Shown here piece by piece: positions 34,364-36,191 of a stretch of 36,191 nucleotides of DNA. The stretch is from an uncultured Bacteroidia bacterium (GTDB lineage: Bacteria > Bacteroidota > Bacteroidia > Bacteroidales > UBA932). The translations under genes were made by a program, and so were the position numbers. Location of the stretch: the NCBI GenBank assembly GCA_902795445.1, contig CADBLM010000127.1:1-36191 (forward strand). Direction: 5' to 3'. The stretch's first letter is position 1, and each line of letters starts with the position of its first letter. The notes below the pieces were generated by a model. That model saw nothing but the letters and a program-made list of their open reading frames with translations. It did no database searches and was not told where the DNA came from.

Positions 34364-34906
34364 TTATCCTTCGTGTTCGCACAGGCTGAGGATGCTGTAA
34401 GTCTCGGCATCCTTAGGATAGATGCCGAGTTTGGGCACATCCGTCAAATCGATATTGAAACTCATATAGGTCTTCCTGGGATGGAAGCGCTGGACGAGCC
34501 GATAGGTGGCCGCCACGGTGCCGCCGGTCGCCAGCAAGTCGTCGTGAATCAGCACCACGTCGTTCCCGTCAATGGCATCCGCGTGGATTTCGATGGAATC
34601 CTTGCCGTATTCCTTGGAATAGGACTCGGAGAGTTTCTCCGCGGGAAGTTTGCCCGGTTTGCGGGCCATAATGAAACCGGCTCCCAGACGTACGGCCAGG
34701 GCGGCGCCGGCAATGTAGCCCCGGGACTCCACGCCCACCACCTTGGTGATGCCTTTGTCCTTGTAATGCTCGTACAGGTCGTCCACGAGAATTTTCAGGC
34801 ATTCTGCATCCTTGAACAAGGTCGTCACGTCAAAAAAAACAATCCCCTTGGCGGGGTAATCGGGAATGGTCCGAAGATGGGAAATCAGTTTTTCTTTATC
34901 AGTCAT
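34364..34906 (-). CDS. apt: adenine phosphoribosyltransferase
   Basis: IPDYPAKGIVFFDVT, VESRGY, RKPGKLP, YSKEYG, DDLLATGGT. Confidence 0.96.
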   Translation of the reverse strand: MTDKEKLISHLRTIPDYPAKGIVFFDVTTLFKDAECLKILVDDLYEHYKDKGITKVVGVESRGYIAGAALAVRLGAGFIMARKPGKLPAEKLSESYSKEYGKDSIEIHADAIDGNDVVLIHDDLLATGGTVAATYRLVQRFHPRKTYMSFNIDLTDVPKLGIYPKDAETYSILSLCEHEG

Positions 34907-35519
34907 TGCTCTTCAAATAATCCTTGTAATCTTCCATCGAACGATGAATCACGTCCCAGGCAGTCTCCGCGCCATACAAACCGACAAATTCCATCCGTTT
35001 CGTGTTCTCGCCGGGAATGTCCTTGTAGGTCGTGAAATAGTGAATCAGCCGGCGGGAAATCTCCTTGGGCAGTTCTTCTATGTCCTTCATTTCCCCGTAA
35101 AGGGCATCGTTTTCCAGTACGGCGATGATTTTGTCATCGGACTGGTAATGGTCCAGCAGGCGCAGGCCTCCGATGGGACGGGCCTTGACGATGATGTCTC
35201 CGTGGGTAACGTCCTTTTCCGTCAGCACGCAGATATCCAGGGGGTCGCCGTCACCTTCTATGTTGTAGCGGGCCAGCACGTCGTTGGCAAGCTGGGCCAT
35301 CTTGGGACCGCAAAGCGTCTGCGGGATGAAGCCGTAGAGCGAAGGGACGATGTTGGAAAATTTCTGGGGCCGGTCGAGGGAAAGGTAGCCGGAAGACTTG
35401 TCCACCTCATACTTGACCGTATCGGTGGGAACAATCTCTATGAAAGCCCGCACTTCATCTTTCTTATCCAGCAAAGGAGTGATTCCGTGCCAGGGATGGG
35501 CCTTATGATCAGTCATCAT
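34899..35519 (-). CDS. ppa: inorganic pyrophosphatase (family I)
   Basis: HPWHG, VKYEVDK..LDRP, YGFIPQT, GDGDPLDICVL, DDKIIAVL, YFTTYK; start MMTDHK chosen because it lies downstream of the promoter motif. Confidence 0.94.
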   Translation of the reverse strand: MMTDHKAHPWHGITPLLDKKDEVRAFIEIVPTDTVKYEVDKSSGYLSLDRPQKFSNIVPSLYGFIPQTLCGPKMAQLANDVLARYNIEGDGDPLDICVLTEKDVTHGDIIVKARPIGGLRLLDHYQSDDKIIAVLENDALYGEMKDIEELPKEISRRLIHYFTTYKDIPGENTKRMEFVGLYGAETAWDVIHRSMEDYKDYLKSND

Positions 35520-35537
35520 ACGTTTTTCTTTCGGGCA

Positions 35538-35545
35538 CAAAGTTA
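35538..35545 (-). promoter_or_regulatory. -7 promoter element for the ppa-apt operon
   Basis: TAACTTTG on the minus strand in the tyrA-ppa gap. Confidence 0.6.
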
Positions 35546-35552
35546 ATATTTT

Positions 35553-36191
35553 TTATTGGATTATGCGCTTAATCTTGTTGGCCTCCGCTATCAAATTTCG
35601 CAATTCCTGCCCGTCCTCATTCTCCAAAGCGCTTCGGAAGCGGTCCAGGTGTTCGGCATAAGCCTCCACGACCGGAAGCAGGTTTTCCTTGTTCTGCAGG
35701 AAAATGGGCGTCCACATATCGGCATTGCTCTTGGCCAGGCGGACGGTCGAGGAAAAGCCGCCCGAGGCGAGGTCGAAGATATGCTTGTCATCCTGTTCCT
35801 TGTCGAGTACGGTATGGGCGAGGGCGAAGGAAATGACGTGGGACAGATGGGAGACGTAGGCCGTATGGATATCGTGCTGCCGCGCGCACATTCTGACAAT
35901 CCTCATCCCGAGCGCCGAGAAAAGGCTTTCAGCCACCGCCACGGCATCCGCGTCGGACGCCTCCGTCTCGCACAGGATGCCCGCACGTCCGTCAAAAAGA
36001 CCGGCCTGCGCGGAGGCGGCTCCCCGGTATTCCGTTCCCGCCATCGGATGGCCTGCCACATAGCGTCCCCGCAGGGGATGCTCTTTGACAGCCTCGACAA
36101 TGGGCCCCTTGACCGAGCACACGTCCATAATGAAAGGCCGCCCGGTTCCGGCAGACGAGCCGATACGGGCAGCCAACCGGTCCAGCAGGGA
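35553..36191 (-). CDS. tyrA: prephenate dehydrogenase, 5' end outside the window
   Basis: DVCSVK, HPMAGTE, HD..TAYVSHLSH, ASGGFSSTVRLAKS..MWTPIF..N; frame open to the right edge. Confidence 0.92.
   Translation of the reverse strand, partial: SLLDRLAARIGSSAGTGRPFIMDVCSVKGPIVEAVKEHPLRGRYVAGHPMAGTEYRGAASAQAGLFDGRAGILCETEASDADAVAVAESLFSALGMRIVRMCARQHDIHTAYVSHLSHVISFALAHTVLDKEQDDKHIFDLASGGFSSTVRLAKSNADMWTPIFLQNKENLLPVVEAYAEHLDRFRSALENEDGQELRNLIAEANKIKRIIQ

Overview
GC-rich Bacteroidales-type chromosomal segment; the assignment rests on the SusC/SusD pair, many lipoproteins and TAnnTTTG promoters. Left 21 kb: one tightly packed minus-strand operon (gaps at most 16 nt) that probably continues past the left edge. 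It encodes a fimbrillin-like/EEP-phosphoesterase fusion lipoprotein, a BACON-like lipoprotein, SusC, SusD, two paralogous BACON/DUF5689-like lipoproteins and three type V pilin (fimbrillin)-like lipoproteins. Two small acidic YxxP...AS...W peptide genes each directly follow a YQWGRKDPF pilin-tip paralogue. I recognise no glycoside hydrolase or regulator in the operon, and its promoter has a G8 tract in the -33/-7 spacer. Right 15 kb: mostly housekeeping genes, namely ftsB-like, a nucleotidyltransferase, a CPBP protease, pncA/pncB, a collapsed MATE pseudogene, nrdG, envC-like, a TPR protein, an ECF sigma plus beta-barrel partner, Nif3, a ppa-apt-OM channel-NCS2 purine salvage operon and a partial tyrA. 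I saw no rRNA, tRNA, CRISPR array or mobile element. All family calls come from recognising motifs by eye; no database searches were run.
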